The notes under the pieces were generated by a model. It had not been told where the DNA came from and ran no database searches. It was given only the letters and a program-made list of their open reading frames with translations. A stretch of 64,000 nt of DNA. Source: Octopus bimaculoides. Taxonomy: Eukaryota. The DNA lies in assembly GCF_001194135.2 (NCBI RefSeq), contig NC_068982.1, positions 174,659,727-174,723,726 of the forward strand, written 5' to 3'. Positions within the stretch are counted from its first letter, which is position 1. Each line of letters begins with the position of its first letter. Position numbers and translations under genes: made by a program. Shown in pieces: positions 24,000 to 37,491 of the stretch.

Positions 24000-24270
24000 C
24001 CACTGGACCATTTTCTGCTATTTGGCTTCTCAACAACAGCAACAACCTTTCCCAGGAAGCCTATGATTAGCAGTGGGTTAAGATTCAGTGAAAGCAAGTT
24101 AAGATTCAGTGAAACAGTGGACCAGCAAGATATTATCATGTTGTTTGTGTCCAATATTCTTAATGATCCTCCACCTCACACTGACAACTTAGAACTGTTC
24201 AAGATGAACATCAGCCACAATAATCTGACCAAAGGGAAGCTTGCCAAGGCAATAGACACTTCTGTTCTTC
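24000..24270 (+). mobile_element. Possible LINE pre-RT linker fragment
   Basis: NILNDPPPHTDNLELFKMNISHNNLTKGKLAKAI resembles the LLN.PPP..I...EV.KAIK linker of RTE-group ORFs. Confidence 0.4.
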
Positions 24271-24436
24271 TGACTAACTTTTAAAAATACCTCACCTGCA
24301 GGCATTTTCATCCATGCACACATACAGCCAGTGTTTTTCTTTCCATTGAAGCATGTTCGTAGGTTGTTGTCATTGTCCCTTCCACTTCCTTCACATTTAA
24401 TATTACATGTATTATTTTCTTTCTTTCTTTGTCCAG

Positions 24437-24575
24437 TCTCTGCTGTTGCTATCCTACCTAGTGAAGAATGGTTCAGAAAGAGTGGTCACCAGTTCACGGG
24501 AACACTTGTATGATTTACGCAGCCTTGAAAACTATACCTATACAGATGAAAATGGGAAAGATCAGGGACTGAATG
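24437..24575 (+). CDS. CLINT1: CLINT1 coding exon (ENTH domain)
   Basis: Polypyrimidine tract and CAG at 24434-24436; SLLLLSYLVKNGSERVVTSSREHLYDLRSLENYTYTDENGKDQGLN+G; donor GTAAGT at 24576 (phase 1). Continues the previous exon in frame (YK|SLLL). Confidence 0.97.
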
Positions 24576-25334
24576 GTAAGTATTTTCCAATTTTTTACTC
24601 TTTATATATTAGCTCATGTGTGTATGGGTGTGCATTTTGTGGTGAGATTATTGTTGTTATAATTTCTTTAAGTATTAACTTAAAGAATAAAAGTGATATT
24701 AAAACCCTCAAAGAATCAAAGAACTTGTAAGGGTCAATGCATAGTTCAGCTCCAGTTTCATGGCATTTAGTTAAAGAAAAATAAACGTTCTCCCTCAAAG
24801 GAATACTAGCATCCTGTTGTTGGTAACATTTTTAAAAGCATTACTATATATTCCTGTCTGCTAGTTAAACTGAAGTATGTATAAAATTTGTTTCCAAGTT
24901 TAGATACTGCAAAAAAGTGTGTAGTAGTAGATTTCAGCTTAATGCTTATGGAAAATGCAACACCTTATTGACTTTTGGTTCACCTTTTTTTGATTTTACC
25001 CACCTAAAAAATGTAGACCTAAATCATTGCAGATCATAATTTATTGCATTCCTGATAACTCAGTAAAAACTTCAATGTTAAGGTTCTGGGCAACTAACCC
25101 TCATGATCATGAATTTAAACCATGTTGCAGCAGGCTGCATGAAAGCTATCAATACCAACCTCCCTCTGATTGTACTACACCTTAGACTTAAGAAACATGA
25201 AGCACCAAACTAGGTACCATATAATATCTGATCTATTGTAGATAGCCCTTCAACCCCATGTATGATGTGCATAATATTGATTTCGTTTAACTAGTTACAA
25301 AAATGACATTTAGTCATTGTATTATGACCATCAG

Positions 25335-25430
25335 TGTAAGAATGTCTGTATGAACACTGTCCACATTGTAAGAATGTCTGTATGAACTCCCTCTACACTG
25401 TAAGAATGTCTGTAGGGACACTGTCCGTAT
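25335..25430 (+). repeat. Minisatellite, 3 x 32 bp
   Basis: TGTAAGAATGTCTGTA starts at 25335, 25367 and 25399; second half of each unit is more variable. Confidence 0.9.
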
Positions 25431-25760
25431 TGATGAGATTCTGGTGAGCTAAGTTTAATCTAACTTTGTTTGAGTCCTGGTTGAAGTTTTTCATTTCAGT
25501 TACATCTTATGTTTTTGGTTTTGAGCTGTTATAATAGCATGATGTGCATAGGTTGCACTAGGTTGACTTGTCCTTGATATGCTATTTACTGATAAAGATT
25601 CCTGTGGTGCTGTAGCATTCAATTAAACATTGTAGTATATTTCTATTGTTTTATATTACTGATATTTATTTTATAAAACTAAGAAGGATGAAAAGCAAAT
25701 TTGGCTTTAGTGTGGTTTGAAATCAGAACTATAAAGCACATGATACTTTAATATGTTTAA

Positions 25761-25981
25761 CCCTTTCATTACCGTATTTATTTTGAGATGCTCTCTGTTA
25801 CTTTCAGTTATTTTAGACATAACAAAGAATTTAGTAAAATAATTTAGTTATCATTAAGCTAGTGTTAGGAACATAAATTGTGACTAAGATTTAGTGGAAG
25901 ATTTTAATTCAAAACTTATGAAAACAAGACATTTGTACTACAGAGCCAGAACCGGTTTCAGGCAGGTTGGTAACGAAAGGG
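25761..25981 (+). mobile_element. piggyBac-like MITE, 221 bp
   Basis: TTAA at 25757-25760 and 25982-25985; TIRs CCCTTTCATTACC / GGTAACGAAAGGG (12 of 13 match); second copy at 18387. Confidence 0.88.
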
Positions 25982-28900
25982 TTAAGCTGTCCATCTCTAC
26001 TATTTTGGCTTGAGAGAGGTGGAAATTCAATTTTAAATAAAATAGTCTCCATGATTTACTGTACCTAATTACCTTTATAAAGGATTATTGTTTAGGAATG
26101 AATGTGTTGGTTCTGCAATAGTAGACATCTGGTCCTTTTTGAAAACTGGAGGTTTAATGTTCTAAGTTGAATGTTGCTAATGAGTATTTGTGTTGTACAT
26201 TATATTGTGGAGTATTTCCCAAAGGTGTAGTGACAGAATAAGTTGTCATATTTACATTGCTGAGTGCAGAATGTCTCATACAGAATGTTCACATCTGACA
26301 AAGATGTTGAAATTGCATGTACTTGTCATTTGTGTGTAAATAATAAAGAAGGACTAAAGAGTGTAAGAATGTGCATGTCAGGAGATGAGAAAACTGAAAC
26401 CTGAGGTACTGTATTGTTGATAAAAAGTGGTATGCCTTTAATTTTTGTACACCTTTTCTAACTTAGCTGACACTATCAAGTTACTGAAAACAATTCAAAG
26501 AGAGTTACCTCCTGCACTCTATGTATTGAATTTTTGTTTACTATACAAGCTGTTTCAGTGAATTTTACTAATGAGATATACACTCTCTCACACATACACA
26601 AATTATCAGAGATCCATAAAGTAGAATGTACAGTGAAAGTGGAATGAGAAACGCAAGGTCTGAGTCATTAATTTAATCATTTATGTCAACGAACACTTAT
26701 AACCTGCAGTAGTGGCAACATAGCAGCTGTGCTGTTGATCATGTTAATATTCTCCTGTATGTTTTTTCCATACCATACATATAGAGCAGTAACACCATCA
26801 TTTGGCCTATAAGAACCTTTAGCCAAGAAAAGATCATTTTATCTGTTGCTTGCCAAGTAATATTGTTATTAAAAATGTTTTGTTCCTCATCCATTATTAT
26901 GTTGCTGTTTTGTTGGGGTTTTTTTTCCTCTCTTTTTACCTCCTCTGTTGTTACCATAATGGATTCTGCTGCCATTTGCTACTATTCTCCACTTAAAGAA
27001 CCTATTTATTATATTTACTCATTCTTCACATTCTGTTGTTTTTTATTTCAAAATTCTACTTTTTATGATGACCACTTCTCTAGAATATTCATTTCTCTGC
27101 CAACTGATTTCCATATAATTCACTAACCTTTAACTTTTCCATTTCTGTACCAACTATTGCTAACCTCATTATTTCTCTCCCATTGCTTTCTCAGATGGTT
27201 TTTATAACCACTGGGAAATGTCCCTCATTGTTAGCTAAAAGATGAAGAAGGAAAAAAGAAAATGGAGGCTTTCTAATCTAAATTGCTAACAAGTTATAGA
27301 GTTTACAAATACAAGAAAGAATATAATGATAATTTAGTTTTATCATACCTGACTAAAAGAATAAGAATGATGTTTTTAAAAAGTTTTGTAAAAGTATTTC
27401 TACTTTAATAAGTTAGTAGGATTGTTGTTTTCATTATCTTACGAATGCTTCTTAATTAACTATTCATTTATGAAATAGGGGTTCAACCTATCTTTAGACA
27501 AGTAAATAAAAGCAAACAGTAATTGAACTTGCAGAGGGGCAAAACATGATGAGTGTTGGGCCATCAAGAAGCTTCTACATAGTCTCTTAACTTGTTCTAT
27601 ACAGTAACCAACATTCTGTCATCACATTCCTGATTATCTTTAAAAAATAGGGACTACATAGATGTTCCCTCTGATTTTTAGTATTCATTATGTGCAAAAT
27701 TTTTCCTGTGACAAAAGTATGCACCCATGGAATGTATAATAATGTATATTTATTAATTACTAAATTAATAATTACACTACATTATTTTAGGCAACTGACC
27801 ATTTTCTACTTCAATTAGTTTCTTTTATGCTATCATTAATTTCTTGTTTACCAATTCCAAAATGTGTGTGCATATGTACACAAGTACACAGCTTTGAGAA
27901 CTCAATGTGCCATGCATTTTAAATTGTAAAGCTTAAGAGATAATAAATATTGAATGAATACCACTGTTAGAAATATTGATTGACTGTTTGTTTCAATTTG
28001 CTATCTCTCTCCTATGAATTTACTCAAGCAGGTCTACTCAGCGAATGCAATATCAAATGCAATAAGCCTTTGCATGTTTTGAACCCATGTATTTGTATAG
28101 CCATTAGATCAGTATCAAAGTTTCACAGTTTATTGTAATGATTGATGTCCTTCAATATCTTAGATGTTGGACGGCTGCTTAGATAAGAAATTTACTGTTT
28201 AATATTAAAGGCTTACATATTGTGACATATATATTAGTTTTGAAATAAGGATGAATTCTCACCCATGGTGCAAGAAATAGAGATCAGTTGCTTAGTCTTT
28301 CATAATCAGAAGAGTTATCCATCAAAAAATGACCTCATTTGGCTTCAGTGAGTTGGAGAATGAGATCTGTGACACTCATGCTTTTATTAAAGACTTTATC
28401 AAAGTGAAATAGTTACAACTGAGAATTAAACCTGGATGGTAGACTTAGTTTACCAAGACCTTCTCATGCCAACTTATCCTATAAATTATACTGTGGAATG
28501 AACCCATATAAAACATAGTACTTTGCTGTTAGTTATGACCAATTCCAAATTCATATGGAATGGGAATGAGGTTTTATTATATTCTCGCCTTTCTCGAAAA
28601 CATTACTAATGTAAAAACTGAATTTCTTTCAAGTGGTGATCAAAACCATGAGCTTATTAGTTGCTCATGAGGTATTCAAATGCTTGCCACTGTTTCTGGT
28701 GTCTAGATCACAAGGTTAGTCACAGTGAAAGACAGGAGTAAAGATGGTATATTCATATCCAGTGTTTTGCTGGTATATTTTATAGCAACTCCAGTGGAGT
28801 AAAAGTTAGAGTGATAATTGAATTGAAAACAGACAAGGACAAAACTAGACAGGGTAAAACATCCAGTTTCACTGGATGTTTTACTTTATCAAATGCTATG

Positions 28901-31339
28901 TCAAACTCTAGGTGTAAATAGAGATTTCTTTTGACGAGCAAGAGGGTCTTTACATTAGAGAAGTAAGTTCACAAAGTGTGAATTGAATTTGGACAGTGAC
29001 ATCCTCTGTTGTCTCACGACTAATCTCATTCTATATTTTGAACTGCAAGCTTCTCATGTCACTAGGTCATACCTCCTCCACCTCATTTTCGTTGGTGTAT
29101 AGCTTTACTGATCTTTATTCCCCACTCCAGAAAGGATGATTGGCTGTTTGAAATTTTATAATCTATTTCTAAATTCAGTTGCATGCTCATGCTTATGTGC
29201 AAAAACAAACAAACACATTTATAATCAGATTCCTGTTTATCTTAATTACTTATCAATTTTTTTTTTTTTTAAATTAGATCACAAAGTACAATGAAACACC
29301 TTTGGATCTTAACACTTATAAAACATAACACATATTAATTCATGAAGACACTGAATACTTAAATTCTTTCTTCTGGTTAATTGTGTTAAAAAGAAATAAC
29401 TACATGGTTTAAATTTACTGTGATATTAAGGAACTATGTTGTCTTTAGTTCAAATATTGTTATAGAAATGATGTTGCACCATTAGGCATTTCACACTGTT
29501 CTGTATTCCTTATCGATACATATAAATTTGATATGGGCGATTCTTTCTTGTCTTGGGATTCACGGTCAAACGGCTGGGTGGAATTGTGCGAAACATTACA
29601 CAGATGTGTAGAATGATCTGGTGGTGATGCTGGGCTTTGTATTTTTTTCATAGCTCCCATAGTTACCGAGATAATCTGCTATGATAATACTCTTGTGTTT
29701 ATGAATGAAAAAAGAAAGGGTGATGTCAGACTTGGTAGTGGGATGATGAAAACTGTACACTGAAAAAATAAATCAAACAGTGTTTCAACTCTGTGTGAAC
29801 ATATGTGTGTGTATGTAGAAGGGTTGTATGTGAATGTGTGTGTGTGCACGCAATGGAAGTGGGATGGTTCATCTTTGTTCGCTTAGTATTTGGGTTTATT
29901 TTTTGATTTGGTTGAATCTTGGTTGGTTTGTTTTTTTTGTTGGTCAATTATTTTTAGCATTTTGACAGAAAAAAGTCATTCTAAAATTGTTTTTTAATGT
30001 AAACATGCCCAAACAAGTTGAATGCTTACACAGAGCAGGTTTTACAGCCACATCATCCAAACCAACCATGTGAAACCGGGCTTAGCTGCTAGTTATACAT
30101 AATCTTAAGACATATTAGAAGAAGAAAAAAAAGAAAAGAAAGAAATACATTACTTTTAATTTTTAAATTAATTTAGATTAACTAATTTTAAAGTCTTGAG
30201 TTATGTCATGCTGAAGAATCCAGAAAGTAGACCAAATATTGCTATCTATGACTACCAGAGACTTTAAGGACTTCATCTCATGAAAATTAATATGGAAATA
30301 TATGTATGCTCTTTTCACTCTTTGATAATGATTTTTCAGTATGAGAAAAATTAAGTTAGAAGCAATTCTCTCCCCTTTAGTAGCATGCTCTCTCTCCTTA
30401 AGTACCAATTCCCAGTAATTCCACCATGTCTAAGATGAGTTGTTATAGAAATAAGTTTTTCATTTTTCTGGTCTTTTAATAACACTAATTTTATGTCTAT
30501 ATTTCTGAGCTGAGTTACTATTAATAATCATTTCAGTTTTCCAGAGATTTAACCTCATCAATCTTGTTTTTGTATTTTTTCTTACATGACAACCTGTCTA
30601 ATCTTTGATCAAGTTTAGGTGCTCTAGTTTTACGTCTGTACTTATATATACATATATTTCTCTTGGCTGTGTTTTAACTAAGAAGCTTTATTTCTGATGC
30701 AAGATTTCAAAGTTGTTAATCATTGCATTAGGAAAAATAAATTCTAAATCCAAACTGTGTCTACAGAAATGTTATTTTTCTAAAAGCAATTGAAAGTTGG
30801 ATCAATCAAAATACGGTGCAAAAACTTTAAAATGATGAGATTGTCTGGAAAATATAAATTTTTAGATTTTACAGTGTTTCACCAAGAGTTTTTCCTGATC
30901 ATCTTAGGGGATGAGGTTTTAAATCAATGCACATACATATTGTTTGTATCAGTGGAAGTGGAATTTAGCAATAATAAATAAAGGTTTGCAATTCAAAATT
31001 ATCCAAGATATATATGATATTTTATATATCATCATCATCATATATATACGCTCTTTCACATTGAAATTCAAGCTGGAAGGTCAATAATAAAGAAGTGAGA
31101 TATGAGCACAGATGGTGCTAAGCATTGTTGAGTCAAAATGCTACCTGATAATTAAGTTTGTTTGGTAACATTGAATGATGATAATGAAAACATGATGGAT
31201 TACACTAATTAACATAGTTATACATTGATAGCTATAAATATGCAATTTTCTTTTGAGCTATCCATATATAATAGACAAATATATTTCATGTAAATAAGGC
31301 ATTCAAGACCTTCCCAACACAGCAGAAGTGATATCCTAA

Positions 31340-31670
31340 AACCATGGTGCCACATAAAAAGCACTGGTGTGGGTGTTGGTTCCACTTAAAAATACTGGTA
31401 CTGGTTCCACATAAAAAGCACTGGTACTGGTGCCACATAAAATGCACTGGCATTGATGTCACGTAAAAAGCACTGGTGATGGTGGCACATAAAAAGCACC
31501 TAGTATACTGTGTAAAGTGGTTGGTATTAGGAAGGGCATCCAACTATAGAAACCAAGCCAAAACAGACTATGAAACCTGGTGCAGCTCCTCACCTTGCCA
31601 GTTCCTATCAAGCTGTACAACACATGCCAGCATCGAAAACAGATGTTAAATGTTGATGAAGATGATGAAG
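31340..31670 (+). mobile_element. RTE 3' tail with expanded 26-bp minisatellite
   Basis: About six units like TTCCACATAAAAAGCACTGGTACTGG, then TTAGGAAGGGCATCC and a (GAT)-like tail. Confidence 0.85.
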
Positions 31671-32403
31671 TTCTTAAACAATCAAATCTATAAACTAACT
31701 ATAAATCAAAAACATATAATAAAAAAGTTTGAATTGTTTTCTTGTTAATCAACACTTAGTAGACAATATTAGCTCACTTAGACATGTATTCAAATTTGTA
31801 AATAATTCATTAAATCAAAAAATACAAATATCGATAATCTTTGGAAATCATTAAACAGCTTTTGTGATAATTTTTTAAAATGTTGACTATTCCCTTTCTC
31901 CACTGAATGCATCATATACTAGAATCAATTGAAGCATGGTGTAAAAAATAGAAATGACATATTTTTGATTGATAGTGGGGAAGCTAAGAACTATTTTCCA
32001 TGTCTCAGTGTTCTGGATTGAAAATAGATGCCACTCCTACTTCATAGTACACTGTCATTTTAAACTTTGCTATATACATCCTTTTACAAATCTTATTACT
32101 CTGATACCTAAGTTTACCTGACTAACAATAGTATTCTACTCTTAATTGACAGTTGATAGACAAATTAGCATGCAAGAAATATAGCTGAATAAACAGTTAT
32201 TCTAACAATCACTATTTTAAAATCTAGCCCACTTTTGTTGGCAAGATGTTGTTTTGTTCCAAGTAAGCGCACATTGAGTAGACTATGATCAAAATCATTC
32301 CCTCTACAATCATCTCATCTGTTTTTTTTTTGTTTTTTTTTTTAATATCTAGAACGACATTGCCCAATGTATCCACTGTTCTTATCAATTGATAGGATAT
32401 TAA

Positions 32404-32620
32404 ACTCTTTAGCATTCAGATTACTCTGTGAGATGTAATACTTATCTATTCACACTGTTTTGAATTAATCAGGCATTATCTCATAACTTTGAGATTTCAA
32501 TGATGTGATTGCTTGATTTTTAGTATGACATTGTTAGGTGTGAAAGGCCAGATCTGGACAGGTTAAACATGCAATAGATAGAATATTTGGGACCTAATAT
32601 GGCTGGTTTAAATACTAGAG
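32404..32620. mobile_element. Second piggyBac-like MITE family, decayed
   Basis: TTAA at 32400-32403 and 32621-32624; degenerate termini ACTCTTTAGCATTCAGA / TTTAAATACTAGAG. Confidence 0.5.
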
Positions 32621-35600
32621 TTAAAGGAGATATGAAGTAGAGTGACCATGTAGCAGCTCCGTCATTGGTCTGTTATTAACTGTGTGCTTGTTTCGGTGGC
32701 CAGATATATTACATTGCAATACTCTTGATAGAAAATAAGGTGGCAGGCTGGCAGAATTGTTAGCACACTGGGTAAAATGCTTAGTAGCATTTTGTCTGTC
32801 TTTACATTCTGAGTTCAAATTCCACTGAGGTTGACTTTGCTTTCATCATTTCGGTATTGATAAAATAAGTACCAGTTGAGCACTGGGGTTGATGTAATCA
32901 ACTTGTCTCCTCCTGAAATTGCTGGCCTTTTGCCAAAATTTGAAACTAATACTTTTGATACAAAATGATATACATTTTACTACAATTGATTAAGAAAGCA
33001 TTAAAAAAAACAGCAAAATATTGCTAGTTGTATAGAGACAGTGAGGTGTTGAAATTAGCCAGACAATGAAAAAAATGTAATGCTCTTAGTCTTGGCTCTC
33101 TTCCAGAAGATTCTGTTATAAAAGAAATGAAAAAAGAGATAAATAATTTTTTTTTAAGTATTAAAATTTCTAAGAAAGTTAATTTGATGAGAATGAAAAA
33201 TTTGAAAAACGGGACGAGATCCTGCAGCCCTCCAGTAAGCACCTATGAATTAATCTCCTTTACTTATCTTATAGTTTTAGCTTATTTTTTTACTAAGTAA
33301 GGAAAAAATGTAAAGAAAGGAAAACAACAAAATAAGATTGTGTATAATACTATTCTGGATTTTAACTGGTGACATAAAAATCTCAAGTTCAAACTCTACC
33401 CCAATTGTATTATATAATGACTCTTCTGTCATCCACCTGCTACCTCTCCCACCCATGGCTAGATGGGTAAAATGTTGAGGAGTTGGACGACATGGTCTTG
33501 TTCATATTTTAACTTGGCAGGATTTGTGAAGTGCCTTTTAAATCTGCTACATAAATATGTGGTTGCATCAGTACAGTTACTACTGTATATAATGGTTGAA
33601 TAGACATCTGTCAGAAGGGCATTGTTCCAACAATATTCAAATATTCATATTTGTAAAAGCCATTCCATATGTTGATGCAAAGCAATAAGTAAAAGATCAT
33701 CATGTATTTGTTTAATTAAAAGTAAACTAAACCTTATTTCAAAAAGCTGAATGGCAGGTACCATTCCCATTTCATATTTTAACAAAGGGAACTGTCTCAA
33801 GGTTATTCAACCATTACTATTGTGATTACTATTCGTGTATATTTAACCATTTTTGAATAATTAAGTTAATTCAATTCAAACAAATATAAAATACAGAAAG
33901 CAAGTTTTTAATTTTTTTAATTATTTATTTTATATCTATTATTTCATGATATCAGAGTGATGAATGGTAGAATCATAGCACATCAGACAAAATGCCTTAT
34001 AGTATTTAGTTATATCACTTTATGTGTTTTGAGTTTAAAACTTGCTGGGGCTAACATTGTCTTTCCTCCTTACAGGGTTAATAAAATAAGTACCAGTCAA
34101 GTACTAGTGTTGTTCTAAAAGTGCCAGTCAAGTAGTAGGGTCAATCTAAATGATTTTACCCTCCCACAAAATGTGTGACCTTGTACCTATTTTAGAAACT
34201 ATTTCGTGTTATCATGGGTTGATTGATTCTTATAGATTTAGATGTTTCCATATACATTATTGGAGTTTTGCTTTTATTTCTCTATTATCTCCATTGAATG
34301 ACCCTTAACATCTTATTGCAGATCAGTGCACCTCTAAAATAAAGCTAATTGATTATTCTGTTATTTAGATTGAGGTACATTTGAGTAATACGTCTTAACT
34401 AGAAACAAAACAATAAATATTATAGATCATTGTAATAAGTAGTCAACCCCACAATGTAACACACATTAACATCATGGCCACTCCACTTCATTAAGTTCTT
34501 TAAAGCTTTCTTTTGAGTATTGATACAGCTAATGCTTCAATGCTATACAGTATTACTTCTCTGACATACAGGTCATGAAAGCATCATTTTTTATACAAGA
34601 AAATGTTATCTTCCTTTTAATAACAGCTAGACAGGCTTTCTTGTCTTCGCCATCTCACCTCTGGTTGTAGAGTATTCTATTATGAAATTTAGAAGTAAAA
34701 AAGACATGAATATAAATAAATTTTCAGGCTATTAATCAATCCATAAGATGATAATTTTTTTTAAATATCTACACCTGTCTCTACAAGTTTAATCTCAATT
34801 GTCATCTGGTATCTTATTTCTAAGCTCAGGTTAATAACATTTATTCATTCATTTGGTAATCTCAAGTTAAGATAGACCTTACAAGTCTTCTTCTGAGCTC
34901 ATGATCCTGTATTGCTATTAGGCATACCTTCCTGTGATTTTTTAATTTTGGTGTCAAAAATAATGAATTCTACTTTTTCAAAAGTAACTGATATCAGTGT
35001 GTGTGTCACTGTGATACATGGTTCACTTCCAACTGAGGTGAAAAAGAGGCAGCTATCCTCTGACAGATACCAGATCACATTTCAGTGGTTTTTCACTGGG
35101 TGTCTCTAACCCAGATACATGTCATACCAGATACATGTCAACTGGAGTAAGCTGAGCTCAGAACTTATATCAGGTAAAGTCATCGTGCCCTAAATTAATG
35201 ACTAAGACATTAACATGTCTTATTACAGTTTCATTACAAAGAAATGTTTCTAGTTTAGGATTATGTACACATAATGAATTTTGGCAAACAAACCTTTTGA
35301 AACCTGCATAGTGTTCATTCATTCATTTTATGTTCATCTTTATGCAGACATGGATTAGCCAAGTACTTATTTGAGGCTGGTTGCTTTTCCTTTCACTCCA
35401 CCCTTACCGCTTTTATATATGCAATTTTTTTTTTCTTATTCCACCTCTCAGAGCTACAAGAAATAATGCACATATATGTGTGTGTATGTATATATGTATG
35501 TCTGTCTGACTACTTGTCTGTCTGTCTACACACACACACACACATGCATATATATGTGTGTGTATATATACACATGCATATATATATATATGTACACACA

Positions 35601-37102
35601 CACATACAGGCTTCTATGCAGTTTCCAAGTTCCAGTTTCACTCACAAGATATTGATTAACCTGAGGCAATAGAAGACATTTGCCCAATGTGCCACACAGT
35701 GAGATTGAATCCTAGACCACATACCTGTGTCTGTTCCATGATTGCATCTATGCCCTGCCTGCACCTACAAAAAAACCTTTTCAATTTAGAAGGTATGGTT
35801 AATAGTATAAAAAAAATTATCATTTTATTCAAATCAATTCATTTCATGCATTCAGATATATTTTTTAATGCCATTTTTGAAAACTGGAAGCTTTGATTAT
35901 AAATAATATGAGAGATTGGTTAAAGTAACAGGTACAAAAGACCCTAATTGACACACTTCACCTTAAATAATCAATTATTTTATGGTTATTTATAAATTCT
36001 TGTTCGTTGATAAGGACTAAGCATGGTATATGAAGAGTGTTATGAGGGTTACTCTAAGTATTTCTTTGTGCATGTTATAGGTTTAGCTCAAGTACAGCTG
36101 ACTGTGTCTTCATAGCAACAATAATATCAATTTTTCTAAATCTGTCTCACATAGTTATTACAGCTTCTCTTATAATCGTGAGACATGACTGAATAGGTCA
36201 GATAAAAAATAAAAAAAAGAAAATTACTATCAGCCGTTTGTAAATATATCATTTCTCCAGTCTATAGTCTTTAGGTCCTTTGAATATATTTTTTGTGTAT
36301 GTGCGTGCATATCCCGTGTGTGTGTGTATTGTGCTATACTCTACAACTATAGATCTAATCTCAAACATTGAAATAACTGTTAAACAATATTTTGATTACC
36401 TAAACATAAACATATTTTACAGAGGATGAGCTACATCATACCTACTATTGTTGCTCATGGATCGTTTCCAAGGATTGACTTTACTTTTCTTGCAGCATGT
36501 GCTACAACTTCTAAAAGCCTTATATTCTTAGCAGCAGCTTAAGAGAAAAAATGTATAGCAGTTATATTTCCTCTCACCTTTTTAAATTTATTCAATGTAA
36601 ATTTCCTAGTTTTACAATCTTATTGTTATAAAATTTATCCAATTTATAAGATTCCAGATGTCATTGCTTGTTCTGGTGCTCGTGCTGTTATTCATGCAGA
36701 TTTAATTTCGTCTGTGGATTACTCAGCCTCTTGTACTAATTCTGTAGCTTTTTGTTAAAGTTAGAATCAGAATAGATCTGCAAAGCTCAGTTGCAAAGTC
36801 CAAGCAAGGGCAACATAAAAAGATAATGAAATGTCTCTATGAAGAATGTAGTTGAAGTATCAATTGATTTTACTGGTCTCTTATGAAACTAAAATGTTGA
36901 GCAATCTTGGTTTGCTTTAACCTGGTGTATATATGGCACTGAACACTGAATGTAAAATGTGATCAATGGGATATCTGCTTGAAGAAAGAATGTCATCAAT
37001 GTGTTTAGCCTTGTCTTTATTAAGAGTGAAGCGGTGTTAAGATTTTGAATTCAAAATATGAGGACCTCGCTTTAAAGGTTGTTAAAAGGGTTATTCTTTA
37101 TA

Positions 37103-37317
37103 ATTTTACTTGTTTCAGTCATTTAGCTGCAGCCATGCTGGAGTACTGCCTTAAAGGGTTTTGGTCAAAGAGATTGACCCCGGGACTTATTCTTTGTAAG
37201 ACTAGTACTTATTCTATCGGTCTCTTTTACCGAACCGCTAATTTACGGGGATGTAACCACACCAACACCGGTTGTCAAGTGATGGGTTGGGGGACAGACA
37301 CTCACACACACACATAT

Positions 37318-37365
<48 letters not shown>

Positions 37366-37491
37366 CGGGCTTCTTTCAGTTTCCGTCTACCAAATCCACT
37401 CACTTGCCCGAGGTGTCACGCAGTGGGACTGAATCTGGAACCTTGTGATTGAGAAGCAAGCTTCTTACCACGCAGCCACAACTGTGCCTAT
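37103..37491 (-). mobile_element. tRNA-headed SINE (family C), near-complete, with central (TA)n
   Basis: Minus strand: TGGCTGCGTGGTAAGAAGC..GATTCAGTCCCACTGCGTGACACCTCGGGCAAGTG, (TA)n/(TG)n, body CCCCGTAAATTAGCGGTTCGG, tail CAGCATGGCTGCAGC..GACTGAAACAAGTAAAA. Other copies near 35510-35730, 39410-40350, 55483-55907, 55945-56090 and 61710-61920. May correspond to the octopus OR-type CORE SINEs (from memory, unchecked). Confidence 0.88.

Noticed and set aside
25335-25430. CRISPR-like repeat-spacer array
   Set aside because: Eukaryotic intron, only three units, the 'spacers' resemble each other, and no cas genes.
26739-26975. 78-aa minus-strand ORF (MAAESIMVTTEEVK..)
   Set aside because: Purine-rich low-complexity sequence with no recognisable family or supporting splice structure.
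33024-33242. Minus-strand ORF resembling a GPCR TM6-TM7 (LHFFHCLANFNTSL)
   Set aside because: Hydrophobicity comes from T-rich sequence; no NPxxY motif, no splice sites that I could fit, and no other helices nearby.
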